Part shown: positions 10,204 to 21,950 of the stretch, one piece after another
Layout: every line of letters starts with the position of its first letter
How positions within the stretch are numbered: position 1 is the stretch's first letter
Origin: an uncultured Fibrobacteraceae bacterium
GTDB taxonomy: Bacteria; Krumholzibacteriota; Krumholzibacteriia; LZORAL124-64-63
Assembly: GCA_964384825.1 (NCBI GenBank)
Contig: CAYLMM010000008.1
Coordinates: 3,462 to 67,461 of the forward strand
DNA length: 64,000 bases
Direction of reading: 5' to 3'
The notes under the pieces: model-generated
The model's database searches: none
Seen by the model: the letters and a program-made list of their open reading frames with translations, nothing else
Told to the model about the DNA's origin: nothing
Translations under genes and position numbers: made by a program

Positions 10204-10857
10204 TCACCGACCGTAGAGCGTCTTGACCGCCCCCCAGCTGACATCCTCGCCGGGAACCGAGGGATTGCATTCGTTGATCAGGCCGGGAGTGGGTTCGCAG
10301 CCGGTGCCCACCGGGGTCTTGGTTCCGGAATAGGTGTTCAGGCCGTCGTAGAGCAGCAGCGCGCCGCCGTGGAATTCCGGGCCGACCGCCCGGTCGTCAT
10401 CGGCGGTGTGGTCGGGGAAATAGACCTCGTCGATCAACTCGGAGAACGCGGTGGAAGGATCGCCGACGAACAGCTGGACCGAATCCCCGGTGTTGTTCAG
10501 GCTGAACCCGGTCAGGCTCATGTCGTTGGCCAGCTGCCAGGCCACCGCGTCGCTGCCGTAGAAGACCTTGGCCGCGCCCGCCGGCAGCATGCCGAACAGG
10601 CGCAGGTGCGCATCGTCGCCGTAGGCGTCGCGCACGTACAGGGCCGAGAGATCGACGGAGTTCGGCCCGTCGTTGGAGATCTCGATCCATTCGTCGCCCT
10701 GGGCGTCGTAGATCCCGTCCTGATTCCAGTCGGTCGCGGGATCGGCCATCAACTCCGAGATCCACACCCCCGCCGCTGCGTCGCCGCCGGGCGACAGGGG
10801 GGACAGCAGGGCCAGGACGGAGGCCAGGACGAACGCGACAGTGATCCGTTTGCGCAT
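10204..10857 (-). CDS. Secreted lamin-tail-domain (LTD)-like protein with C-terminal SWGAVKTLY tail
   Basis: Signal peptide MRKRITVAFVLASVLALL...AAA. LTD-like motifs VWISELMADP, DEWIEISN, SLNNTGDSVQL. C-terminal end of track ORF 10204..11253. Confidence 0.8.
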   Translation of the reverse strand: MRKRITVAFVLASVLALLSPLSPGGDAAAGVWISELMADPATDWNQDGIYDAQGDEWIEISNDGPNSVDLSALYVRDAYGDDAHLRLFGMLPAGAAKVFYGSDAVAWQLANDMSLTGFSLNNTGDSVQLFVGDPSTAFSELIDEVYFPDHTADDDRAVGPEFHGGALLLYDGLNTYSGTKTPVGTGCEPTPGLINECNPSVPGEDVSWGAVKTLYGR

Positions 10858-11009
10858 GGATGGATTCTCGCTTCCGGGAGGAGGATTCCCGCCGCCCGGG
10901 ATGGGCGGGGCGCGGGATCTCCTGCCAGAACCGTACCGGCCGGCGGCGAGAGGTCCGGCCGATGCCGGGCCCCCGCGTCGTTTCGGATCGTCGCGGGTAA
11001 AGGGGGTTC

Positions 11010-12013
11010 TCAGTCGCGTTCGGCGTAGAGATCGAGGATCCGGCGGGCGGCGGTCGTCGGGGTGAGCGTCCCGAGCCGCACCTGGCCCTCGAGTTCGGGC
11101 AGCAGCGCGCGCACGCCGGGATGGCCGCGCAGCGCGACCATCAGCCTGTCCTCGACCATCGACCACATCCAGCGCAGCTGCTGGCGCTGGCGCAGATCCT
11201 TCAGCTCGCCGGAGGCCTCGAGCGCGGCGCGGTGCTGCTCGATCGATTCCCACAGCTCGTCGAGCCGCAGGTTGGCCAGCGCGGAGCAGGTCGCGACCGG
11301 AGTCGTCCAGTTCGGGGATTTCGGACGCATGTAATGCAGGGCGTGACGGTACTCGGCCGCCGCGCGCTCGGCCTTGCGGGCGTTGTCGCCGTCGGCCTTG
11401 TTGATGGCGATCATGTCGGCCAGCTCGAGCACGCCGCGCTTGATGCCCTGCAGCTCGTCGCCGGCGCCGGCGAGCATCAGCACCAGGAAGAAGTCGACCA
11501 TCTCGGCGACGACGGTCTCGCTCTGGCCCACGCCGACGGTCTCGACCAGCACCACGTCGAAGCCCGCCGCCTCGCAGAGCAGCATGGTCTCGCGGGTCTT
11601 GCGGGCCACGCCGCCGAGGGTGCGCGCGCTGGGCGATGGGCGGATGAAGGCCCGCGGATCGACCGACAGCTTGGTCATGCGGGTCTTGTCGCCGAGGATG
11701 CTGCCGCCGGAGATCGAGCTGGATGGATCGATCGCCAGCACGGCGACCCGGTGGCCCTGCTTCGTGAGGTTGGTGCCGAGGGCGTCGATGAAGGTGCTCT
11801 TGCCTACGCCCGGCACGCCGGTCACGCCGACGCGCCGGGCCTTGCCGGTATCGGGCAGCAGCTCGGCCAGCAGGCTCTGGGCCAGCTCCTGATGATCGCC
11901 GCGGGAGCTCTCGATCAGGGTGATGGCCCGGCCGAGAACCGCGCGGTCCCCGGCCCTGACCCCGGCCACGTACCGGTCGAGGGTCAGGCCGTTGGCCTTG
12001 CGTGGGTCGCGGT

Positions 12014-12017
<4 letters not shown>
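11010..12017 (-). CDS. meaB: Methylmalonyl-CoA mutase-associated GTPase MeaB
   Basis: [55 protein letters not shown]; GTG start overlaps the mutase stop. Confidence 0.96.
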
Positions 12018-14199
<2,182 letters not shown>

Positions 14200-14203
<4 letters not shown>

Positions 14204-16332
14204 GCCTTCACCCCCTGGTCCTGCAGCAGGCCGCGGAGGGTCGCCAGGACATCGCAACCGAGATGGATGTAACCGTCGACGCCGGCCTCGCACCATTGCC
14301 GCTCGAACTCGCCGGGGCGTCCGGCCAGCAGGATCCGGCGGACGCCTGCCTTCTTCAGCGCGGCCGCGGTCGGCGCGGCCAGATCGGCGTAGACCGGATC
14401 GGCCGAGCAGATCACCGCCAGCGGAGCGCCGCTCTCGGCGGCCGCCGCCGCGGCGGCATCGGCGTCGGGGAATCCCTTGTTGGTCAGCACCTCGAAGCCG
14501 CCGGCCTCGAGGAAATTGCGGCTCCATGTGGCCCGACCGGTGTGCTGGGCGACCTTGCCGAGATTCGCCAGGAAGGCCAGCGGCCGGCGGCCGGTCCGCT
14601 CGGCGAAGTCCTCGGCGGCGTCGCGCAGGGCCTCGTAGGATTCGGCGAAGCGGTGGACGGGCAGCGGATCGATCACGGCCGGTTCGCCTTCGTCGGTCGC
14701 GACGGCGGTGATCGCCCCGAGTCCGGCGCCGGCGACGGCGGCGCGGACCGCCGCGTCGAAGAAGCCGTTTCCGTTGTTCGACCGGTCGCAGGCGCGGCAT
14801 TCCTCGAGCGCGTCGGCGACGGCGCCCCGTTCGCGGGTCCGCCCCAGGGAAACCGAGGCGTCGGCGCGCTGCGACGCCGGGTCGGGCGCCTTCCGCACGA
14901 CGGGCTCCTCGTCCACGTTCGGGAACTCGCTCACCCCGGTGATCGGATCGCGGCGCGTGGCGAGATTCTTCAGGCGTTCGGCATGGACCTCGCCGATCCT
15001 CTCGGCGACCCAGCCGTGGCGCAGCGCCTTGCCCAGGCCGCAGCGGTCCTCGATCTCCTGGAACAGGGTCCAGGACGCCAGGGCCAGCTCGTCGGTCCGC
15101 TTCTCCAGGAACCAGCCGCCGCCGGCCGGATCGATGACCTTCCCGAGATGCGATTCCTCGAGCAGGATCACCTGGACGTTGCGGGCGATGCGCCGCGCGA
15201 AATCGTCCGAGATCCCGATGGCGGCGTCGAAGGGCGTGACCGTCAGCGCATCGACTCCCGCGACGCCGGCCGCGAAGGCGCCGACCGTGGTGCGCAGGAT
15301 GTTCACCCAGGGGTCGCGACGGGTCATCATCCGCGCCGAAGTGCGGGCGTGCAGCCGCATCTTCTGGGCGTCGGAGCCGCCGCCGCTGGCCTGGACCAGA
15401 CGCGCCCAGACGCGGCGGGCGGCGCGCAGCTTGGCGATCCCGGTGAAGAAGTCGGCGTCGACGCTGAACGAGAACGCGATCTGGCCGGCCGCGGCGTCGA
15501 TGTCCAGCCCGGCGGCGGTGATCGCCTTGAGATAGGCCAGGCCGGTCGCCATGGCCAGCGCCAGCTCCAGCACGGCGTCGGCGCCGGCGTCGTGGTACGG
15601 CGCGGTGTCGACCAGGACCGAGGTGACCCCGGGGAACTTGCCGTGGGTCCAGACCGCCAGTCCGCCCAGATCGGCCAGGGCGCCCTCTACCGATGTCGGC
15701 AGCCGGCCGCCGGAAGCCAGCTGACCCAGGGGGTCGGCGTTGAAGGCCCCGCGGGCCTCGTCCGGAGTGATCTCCCAGCGGGCCCAGACGTCGGCCAGCA
15801 GCGCGGCCGCGCCGACGAATCCGGCGCCCGGCATCAAGGCCACCGGCACGCGGTGCAGGTCCACCCCGTCGAGGGCCGAAGCCATGCTGTCGGCGCTCGA
15901 AAGCATCAGGCCGTCGCGTCCGGCCAGATCGGCGGCTTCGGGACGGTCGGGATCCAGGCCGGCGCGCGCGGCGCGATCCAGGCGCAGCAGGACCGAAGCG
16001 GTTCCGTGGGCCAGATCCTTGCGCAGCGCCGCGTTGACTTCCGAGGAGGTCGGCTGCGTGTATTCCTGCCGGATGTCCCAACCCGTCGCGGCGGCGCCCA
16101 GCGGGGTGCCGCCGCGGGTGAACGGAGGCAGTCCGGGGAAACCGGAGGGATCGCCGGCGGCGTCCCAGTCCTTGCGCGCGTACAGGGGCTGGATGGGCAG
16201 TCCCTCGTATGTGCGGGTGACGAGCTTCTTCTCGTACGGCGCGCCCTTGAGATCGCGCTTCACCGTTTCGAGCCAATCCGAGAGCGGAACGCCAGGAAAA
16301 TCGTCCGCCAGACGGAAATCGTGATCCGACAT
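14200..16332 (-). CDS. mutA: Methylmalonyl-CoA mutase, small subunit
   Basis: [63 protein letters not shown]; lacks the DxHxxG motif. Confidence 0.93.
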
Positions 16333-16395
16333 CTCGAGAACTCCTCCCGGAGGATGGGCAGCTCCTGTCGGGGCCATGTTGACAAACCTGCCCGA

Positions 16396-16424
16396 ACGTT
16401 AGGCAGCGCCCTGATAATCCGCAA
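16396..16424 (-). promoter_or_regulatory. Putative sigma70 promoter of the mutA-scpA-meaB operon
   Basis: TTGCGG-N17-TAACGT on the minus strand, about 60 nt upstream of the mutA ATG. Confidence 0.5.
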
Positions 16425-16486
16425 ACAAAAACGCCGGAAATCGGGCCGGAAACGGGCCGAATCGATGGTTTCGGCTCGATATTCGC

Positions 16487-17926
16487 CTAGGGCCGGCGAT
16501 CCCTGACCGCCTCCAGCGTCTCGCGGACCGCCGCGGGGTCGGCGCGCCCCCCGGTCCGCCTGATGATCAGGCCCAGGAAGAAATCCGCCAACGCATCTTT
16601 CCCCTCGCGCCACTGCCGCGCCTGAGCGGGATGTTCGGCCAGGATCTCCGCGGCCAGACGGGCCAGTTCGGCCGAATCCGCGATCCGCCGCAGCCCCAGC
16701 CGCTCGACGGCTTCCTCGGCCCCCGCCCCGGTCGCGACCATGTGATCGAAAGCCGCGCGGGCCGCGGGCCGGGCGATCGCCCCCTCGCGCAGCAGACGCA
16801 GCAGGGCCGCCAGTTCCGCCGCCGCGACCGGGAAATCCTCCATCCGCCATCCGCGGGAGTTCAGAACCCCGCGCACCTCGCCGACCACCCAGCGGGCCGC
16901 CGCGACGGGATCGCCGGCGGCAGCGGCGACCGCTTCGAAGTAGGCCGCGGTCGCGGGAGTCTCGGTCAGCAGCCAGGCATCGGCCGGCGGCAGGCCGTGA
17001 TCGCGCACGAAGCGGGCCTCGATCGCGGCCGGCGGCTCGGGCAACGATGCGGCCGCGGCCCGGATCTCCCGTTCGTCCAAGCGCAGCGCCGGCAGATCGG
17101 GTTCGGGGAAATAGCGGTAGTCGGGAGTGGTCTCCTTCGGCCGCATCGGGAAGGTCTCGCCGCGGTCGGCGTCCCAGCCGCGGGTCTCGCGCGCAACGGT
17201 TCCGCCGTCTTCCAGGATGGACCTCTGCCGCCGCCGCTCGAATTCCAGCGCCCGCCGCACCCCCTGCAGGGTGTTGAGGTTCTTGATCTCGACCGGCGCC
17301 CCCGGTTCGCGAGCGCCGGCCGGGCGCAGCGAGATGTTCGCGTCGCAGCGCAGGCTGCCCCGTTCGAGATTGCCGTCGCAGGCGTCGAGATGGATCAGCA
17401 GCCGGCGCAGCGCGGCCAGCCAGTCGCGGGCCTCCTCGCCCGAACGCAGATCCGGCCGCGTGACGATCTCGGCCAGGGGGACGCCAGCCCGGTTCGCATC
17501 GACCAGCACGGCGCCGGGCCGGTGGACCAGGCGCGCGGCGTCCTCCTCCAGATGGAGCCTTTCGATCCGCACCGGCCGCCCGCCTTCGGAACCCGGAACG
17601 TCCAGCGAGCCCCCGAGCGCCAGAGGCTCGGCATACTGGGTGATCTGATAGTTCTTCGGCAGGTCGGGATAGAAGTAGGTCTTGCGGTCGAAGCGCGAAA
17701 CCGGCTGGACGGCGCAGCCCAGGGCCAGGGCGATCCGCATCCCCAGGGACACCGCCGCGGCGCCGACCGTCGGCAGGGAGCCGGGCAGCCCCAGGCAGAC
17801 CGGGCAGACGCGGCTGTTCGGAGCGCCGCCGAAATCGTTGGCGCAGCCGCAGAACATCTTGGTCCGGGTCCTCAGGCGGGCGTGGACCTCCAGACCGATG
17901 GCCGGCTCGAAGCGCGCGGAGTTCAT
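16487..17926 (-). CDS. gatB: Asp-tRNA(Asn)/Glu-tRNA(Gln) amidotransferase subunit B (diverged)
   Basis: IGLEVH, KMFCGC, CPVCLGLPG, YFYPDLPKNYQITQ, HLEEDA, NRAGVPLAEIV, LRCDAN, EIKNLN, DYRYFPEPDL. Confidence 0.93.
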   Translation of the reverse strand: MNSARFEPAIGLEVHARLRTRTKMFCGCANDFGGAPNSRVCPVCLGLPGSLPTVGAAAVSLGMRIALALGCAVQPVSRFDRKTYFYPDLPKNYQITQYAEPLALGGSLDVPGSEGGRPVRIERLHLEEDAARLVHRPGAVLVDANRAGVPLAEIVTRPDLRSGEEARDWLAALRRLLIHLDACDGNLERGSLRCDANISLRPAGAREPGAPVEIKNLNTLQGVRRALEFERRRQRSILEDGGTVARETRGWDADRGETFPMRPKETTPDYRYFPEPDLPALRLDEREIRAAAASLPEPPAAIEARFVRDHGLPPADAWLLTETPATAAYFEAVAAAAGDPVAAARWVVGEVRGVLNSRGWRMEDFPVAAAELAALLRLLREGAIARPAARAAFDHMVATGAGAEEAVERLGLRRIADSAELARLAAEILAEHPAQARQWREGKDALADFFLGLIIRRTGGRADPAAVRETLEAVRDRRP

Positions 17927-19398
17927 GGCGCATCCCCCCCGCCGTCGTCCGCCGCCGCGAGCATCCTTTCCAGAGCGCCGCCGAGGGCGAAAATCGTCTC
18001 CTCCGCCAATGCCGGCCCCGTGAACTGGAATCCGACCGGCAGACCCGCGCCGTCGTCGCCCGCGGGAACAGAGAGGGCGGGCAGACCGGCCAGGTTCGCC
18101 GGGACGGTGAACCGGTCGGCCTGGTACATCCGCACCGGATCGTCGGCGCGCGCGCCGAAGGGGAAGGCCGCGAAGGGGGATGTCGGAGTGGCCAGGGCGT
18201 CGCAGTCGGCGAAGGTCGAGGCCAGGCCGGCCGCGAGCACGGCCCGCACCCGCTGCGCCCGGCGATAGCGGTCGGCGCGGCGGCCCGACGAGAGCACGTG
18301 GGCGCCGAGCAGGATGCGCAGTTGGACCTCCGGACCGAATCCCGCCGACCGGGTGGCGCGCACCGAGGCGTCCCATCCGCCGTCGGAATCGCGCCGGGCC
18401 CCGTAGAGCGAGCCGTCGTAGCGGGCCAGGTTCGACGAGGCCTCGGCCGCGGCCAGGACGTAATAGGCGGCCAGGGCGGATTCCGGCGCGGGCAGCGCGA
18501 CATCGACGATCACGACGCCCGCCTCTCGCAGGGCATCGAGGCCGCGGTCGAAGGCGGCCGCCACGCCCGGCTCGACGTCGTCGCCCAACCACGCCCGCGG
18601 CACCCCCACCCGCATCCCGCGGACCGGACGTGCGCAGGCGGCGAGCGGATCGCCGACCGGGGCGTCGAGGGTGGTCGCGTCGAGAGGATCGCGCCCGGCG
18701 ATCGCGGCGTAGACCGCGGCGCAGCCGTCTACGGTGCGGGCCAGCGGTCCGATCTGGTCGAAGGACGAGGCGTAGGCCACCAGACCGTGGCGCGAGACGC
18801 GGCCGTAGGTCGGCTTCAGCCCCGCCACGCCGCAGCAGTGGGCGGGTTGGCGCACCGAGCCGCCGGTGTCGCTGCCCAGGGCGAAGAACGCCAGGCCCGC
18901 GGCCACCGCGGCGGCCGACCCGCCGCTCGATCCGCCCGGCACCCGGTCCGGCGCGCGGGGGTTGCGGGTCGGGCCGAAAGCCGAGGTCTCGGTCGACGAT
19001 CCCATCGCGAACTCGTCCATGTTCGTGGTGCCCAGGACATGCGCCCCGGCGGCCCGCAACCGCGCGACCGCGGTGGCCTCGTAGGGCGGCTCCCATCCGG
19101 CCAGGATGCGCGAGCAGCAATCGGCCGGCAGTCTCCGGCAGCAGATGTTGGCCTTCACCGCGCCGCCGAGGCCGCGCAGCGGGGAGTCGCCTGCGACCGG
19201 CCGGCCCGGTGCGGGATGTTCGCGGGCGGGATCGCTCAGGGCGCGGAAGCAGTGGAGTCCGGGTTCGCGTTCGTCGATGGCGGCGCGAAGCGCGGCGTCC
19301 AGATCTTCGGGGGCGGCGTCGCCGCGGCGCAGGGCGGCGGCGGCTGCGGACAGGGTCGGCGACGTCGGCCGGAAGCGGCCGCTGAAGCGGTCGCTCAT
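17923..19398 (-). CDS. gatA: Amidotransferase subunit A (amidase signature)
   Basis: TNMDEFAMGSSTE, PGGSSGGSA, GSDTGGSVRQPA, AYY...EASSNLARYDG; lies between gatC and gatB with 4-nt overlaps. Confidence 0.92.
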   Translation of the reverse strand: MSDRFSGRFRPTSPTLSAAAAALRRGDAAPEDLDAALRAAIDEREPGLHCFRALSDPAREHPAPGRPVAGDSPLRGLGGAVKANICCRRLPADCCSRILAGWEPPYEATAVARLRAAGAHVLGTTNMDEFAMGSSTETSAFGPTRNPRAPDRVPGGSSGGSAAAVAAGLAFFALGSDTGGSVRQPAHCCGVAGLKPTYGRVSRHGLVAYASSFDQIGPLARTVDGCAAVYAAIAGRDPLDATTLDAPVGDPLAACARPVRGMRVGVPRAWLGDDVEPGVAAAFDRGLDALREAGVVIVDVALPAPESALAAYYVLAAAEASSNLARYDGSLYGARRDSDGGWDASVRATRSAGFGPEVQLRILLGAHVLSSGRRADRYRRAQRVRAVLAAGLASTFADCDALATPTSPFAAFPFGARADDPVRMYQADRFTVPANLAGLPALSVPAGDDGAGLPVGFQFTGPALAEETIFALGGALERMLAAADDGGGDAP

Positions 19399-19763
19399 GA
19401 CCCGCCCCCGGATCCGTCCGCAGGCGCGGCGGGATCGCGCAGCCGCGGGGCGGCGAAGAACCCGTCGCGGAGTTCCGGAGCTCCGGCCGTGGCCTCGCCG
19501 GCGTCGAGTCCCGGACGGGGAACGTCATCGCGCAGGGGCGGCCCGGGCGGCGGCGGCATGCGTCCGGTCTCGCCGGTGTCCGCCGCGTCCTCCCCGGCCG
19601 CTTCGACGCCGTCGAGTTCGGCCAGCCACGCATCGACCCGGGCCAGGCGTTCGGCGGCGGCCGCTCGTCCGGCCGGATCGGGATCGAGCCCGGCCAGGGC
19701 GGCGGCGTGATCGAGGATGTCGGGATCGAATTCTCGCAAGGGGGAACCTCCGTCGCCGCTCAT
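19395..19763 (-). CDS. gatC: Amidotransferase subunit C
   Basis: 122 aa with LRDDVPRP...APELRDGFFAAPR, similar to the GatC C-terminal motif; directly upstream of gatA. Confidence 0.75.
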   Translation of the reverse strand: MSGDGGSPLREFDPDILDHAAALAGLDPDPAGRAAAAERLARVDAWLAELDGVEAAGEDAADTGETGRMPPPPGPPLRDDVPRPGLDAGEATAGAPELRDGFFAAPRLRDPAAPADGSGGGS

Positions 19764-19823
19764 TCTGCCGCTTCGGGGCGGGGTTGGCCAGCGACGAATT
19801 CCGCCCGCGCCGAAGACGGGAAC

Positions 19824-19852
19824 TTGGGCCGACGTCCCATCCGCTGTATGAT
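19824..19852 (+). promoter_or_regulatory. Putative sigma70 promoter of the M1 aminopeptidase
   Basis: TTGGGC-N17-TATGAT in the divergent gatC/peptidase gap. Confidence 0.5.
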
Positions 19853-19886
19853 GATGTTCCCTTACTTCGGAGCCATGGGGAGAACG

Positions 19887-21929
19887 ATGTCCGCACGCGC
19901 CACCATATCGCTCGCCGCGACCGCCCTGCTGCTCGCGCTGCTCGTGCCGACCGCGCCGGCGCCCGCGCAGCCGGATATCCCAGCCCAGCCCCGCCGCGCC
20001 TGGAATCCCGAAGCCTCCGAAAAACCGGCGCCGGAAACCGCTCCCAAGGCCGACACGCCCCCACCGAGGGCCGACGATCGCGGCTACGACGTCCTGCACT
20101 ACGATCTGGACCTGGGCATCGACCCCGCGGCCGAGGCCGTCACGGGCCGCGTGGGGGTGTCTCTGGCCTTCCTGAGCGGCGGTTCGGGCCGCATCGTGCT
20201 GGATCTGACCGGGAACATGACCGTCGACAGCGTGCTCTGGCGCGGGGCGGCGATCGAATTCGCGCACCTGGGAGACAGCCTGGTGGTCGAGGCGGGACCG
20301 ACCGGCGTCGCGGGGGAAGAGTCCGATCTCGCGGTCTTCTACCACGGCGAACCGCAGCCGCACGGCCTGATGAACGTGGGGCTGATGTTCCGCAGCCATC
20401 CCGGCCCGACCGAAGATCCCGCCGACGACGCGCCGGTGGTCTTCTCGATCGGCGAGCCGTGGTCGAGCCATTCCTGGTGGCCCTGCAAGGACCATCCCTC
20501 GGACAAGGCCACCGCCACGATCGCCGTGACCGCGCCCGAGCCCCTGGTGGGGATCAGCAACGGCGTGCTGGTCGGGACGACCTCGCCCGCGCCCGGCCTG
20601 ACCACCACCCGCTGGCGCGAGGACCATCCGATAGCGACGTACCTGATCGCGGTCTCGGTCAGCGACTACGCGTCCTGGGAGGAGACCTGCGACGCGTCCT
20701 TTGGCGAGGTGCCGCTGACCTTCCACGTCTTCCCGCAGGACGAGGCCGCCGCCCGCGCCGACCTGGCCCGCACCTGCGAGATGATGAACTTCCTGGAGGG
20801 AGTCTGCGGCCCCTTCCCCTTCGCCGACGAGCGCTACGGCCACGTCGAGATCGTCTGGGCCGGCGCGATGGAGCATCAGACCGCCACGAGCATCTCGCGC
20901 TTCATGCTGACCGGCGACGGCCGCTACGAATCGACCTTCCTGCACGAGATGGCCCACAGCTGGTTCGGCGACAGGATGACCCCGGCGCGCTGGTCGGACA
21001 TCTGGCTCAACGAGGGATTCGCGCGATACTGCGAGGCGCTGTGGGTCGAACGCGAGGAAGGCCGCGAGGCGTACCTGCGGGCGATGCGCGAGATGGGCCC
21101 CGAGCGCCATCCCGACCTCTTCGCCGACCAGGGCCTGCTGACCGACCCCGACCCGATCCTGCCCAACCAGATGATCTACGACAAGGGCGCCTGGGTGCTG
21201 CACATGCTGCGCGGGGCGGTGGGCGACTCGGCGTTCTTCCGCTTCCTGAAGGCCTACGCCTCGGCCCCTGCCTTCGCCGACGGGAACGTCACGACCGCGG
21301 ACATGCTGGCGATCGCCGGCGCCGAGACGGGCTGCGACGTTTCGGGCCTGCTCGGCCCCTGGCTGGAGACCTCGGCCGTGCCCGAGGTGGAATGGTGGGC
21401 GACGACCGCTCCGCTGGCCGGCGGCGGCGCGCGCCTGATCCTGGAGCTGCGCCAGATCCAGCCGACGGTCTTCACCCTGCCGGCCACCCTGCGCGCGACG
21501 ACCGCCGCCGGTGACGTCGATCTGCGACTGACCGCCCGCGAACCGGTCGAAACGTTCCGGTGGGATCTCGACGGGGATGTCCTGGAAACCGAACTCGACC
21601 CCGAGGGATGGCTGCTGATGCGCGCGGCCAGGGTCGCGCCGCCGGCGACGGTGCTGCTGCCGCCGCGGCCCAATCCGGCCGGCGTCTCGGGAACGACCCT
21701 GAGCTACCTGGTCTCGGACGGCGGCCCGATCGGCGTGTCCGCGTACGACGCCCGCGGCCGGCGCGTGGGAAGCTGGGATCTGGGGGATCACGCCGCCGCC
21801 GCCGAACCCTACACCTGGATCTGGCAGGGCGCGGACGACCGGGGCCGCCCGCTGCCCTCGGGCGTGTACTGGCTGGTGCTGTCCGGCGGCGGGCAGAGAT
21901 CGACGCGCAAGGTCACGCTGGTGCGCTAG
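19887..21929 (+). CDS. Secreted M1-family zinc aminopeptidase with C-terminal FlgD-Ig/T9SS-CTD-like domain
   Basis: Signal peptide; GAMEH; HEMAH (20943-20957) followed by WLNEGFARY; YDKGAWVLHML; C-terminus PRPNP...YDARGRRV...WQGADDRGRPLPSGVY...RKVTLVR. Confidence 0.92.
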   Translation: MSARATISLAATALLLALLVPTAPAPAQPDIPAQPRRAWNPEASEKPAPETAPKADTPPPRADDRGYDVLHYDLDLGIDPAAEAVTGRVGVSLAFLSGGSGRIVLDLTGNMTVDSVLWRGAAIEFAHLGDSLVVEAGPTGVAGEESDLAVFYHGEPQPHGLMNVGLMFRSHPGPTEDPADDAPVVFSIGEPWSSHSWWPCKDHPSDKATATIAVTAPEPLVGISNGVLVGTTSPAPGLTTTRWREDHPIATYLIAVSVSDYASWEETCDASFGEVPLTFHVFPQDEAAARADLARTCEMMNFLEGVCGPFPFADERYGHVEIVWAGAMEHQTATSISRFMLTGDGRYESTFLHEMAHSWFGDRMTPARWSDIWLNEGFARYCEALWVEREEGREAYLRAMREMGPERHPDLFADQGLLTDPDPILPNQMIYDKGAWVLHMLRGAVGDSAFFRFLKAYASAPAFADGNVTTADMLAIAGAETGCDVSGLLGPWLETSAVPEVEWWATTAPLAGGGARLILELRQIQPTVFTLPATLRATTAAGDVDLRLTAREPVETFRWDLDGDVLETELDPEGWLLMRAARVAPPATVLLPPRPNPAGVSGTTLSYLVSDGGPIGVSAYDARGRRVGSWDLGDHAAAAEPYTWIWQGADDRGRPLPSGVYWLVLSGGGQRSTRKVTLVR

Positions 21930-21950
21930 GGCGGGCCGGGCGCGGCGCCG

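Noticed and set aside
16333-16486. Cobalamin riboswitch upstream of the mutase
   Set aside because: The region is too short after the predicted promoter, and no B12-box was seen.
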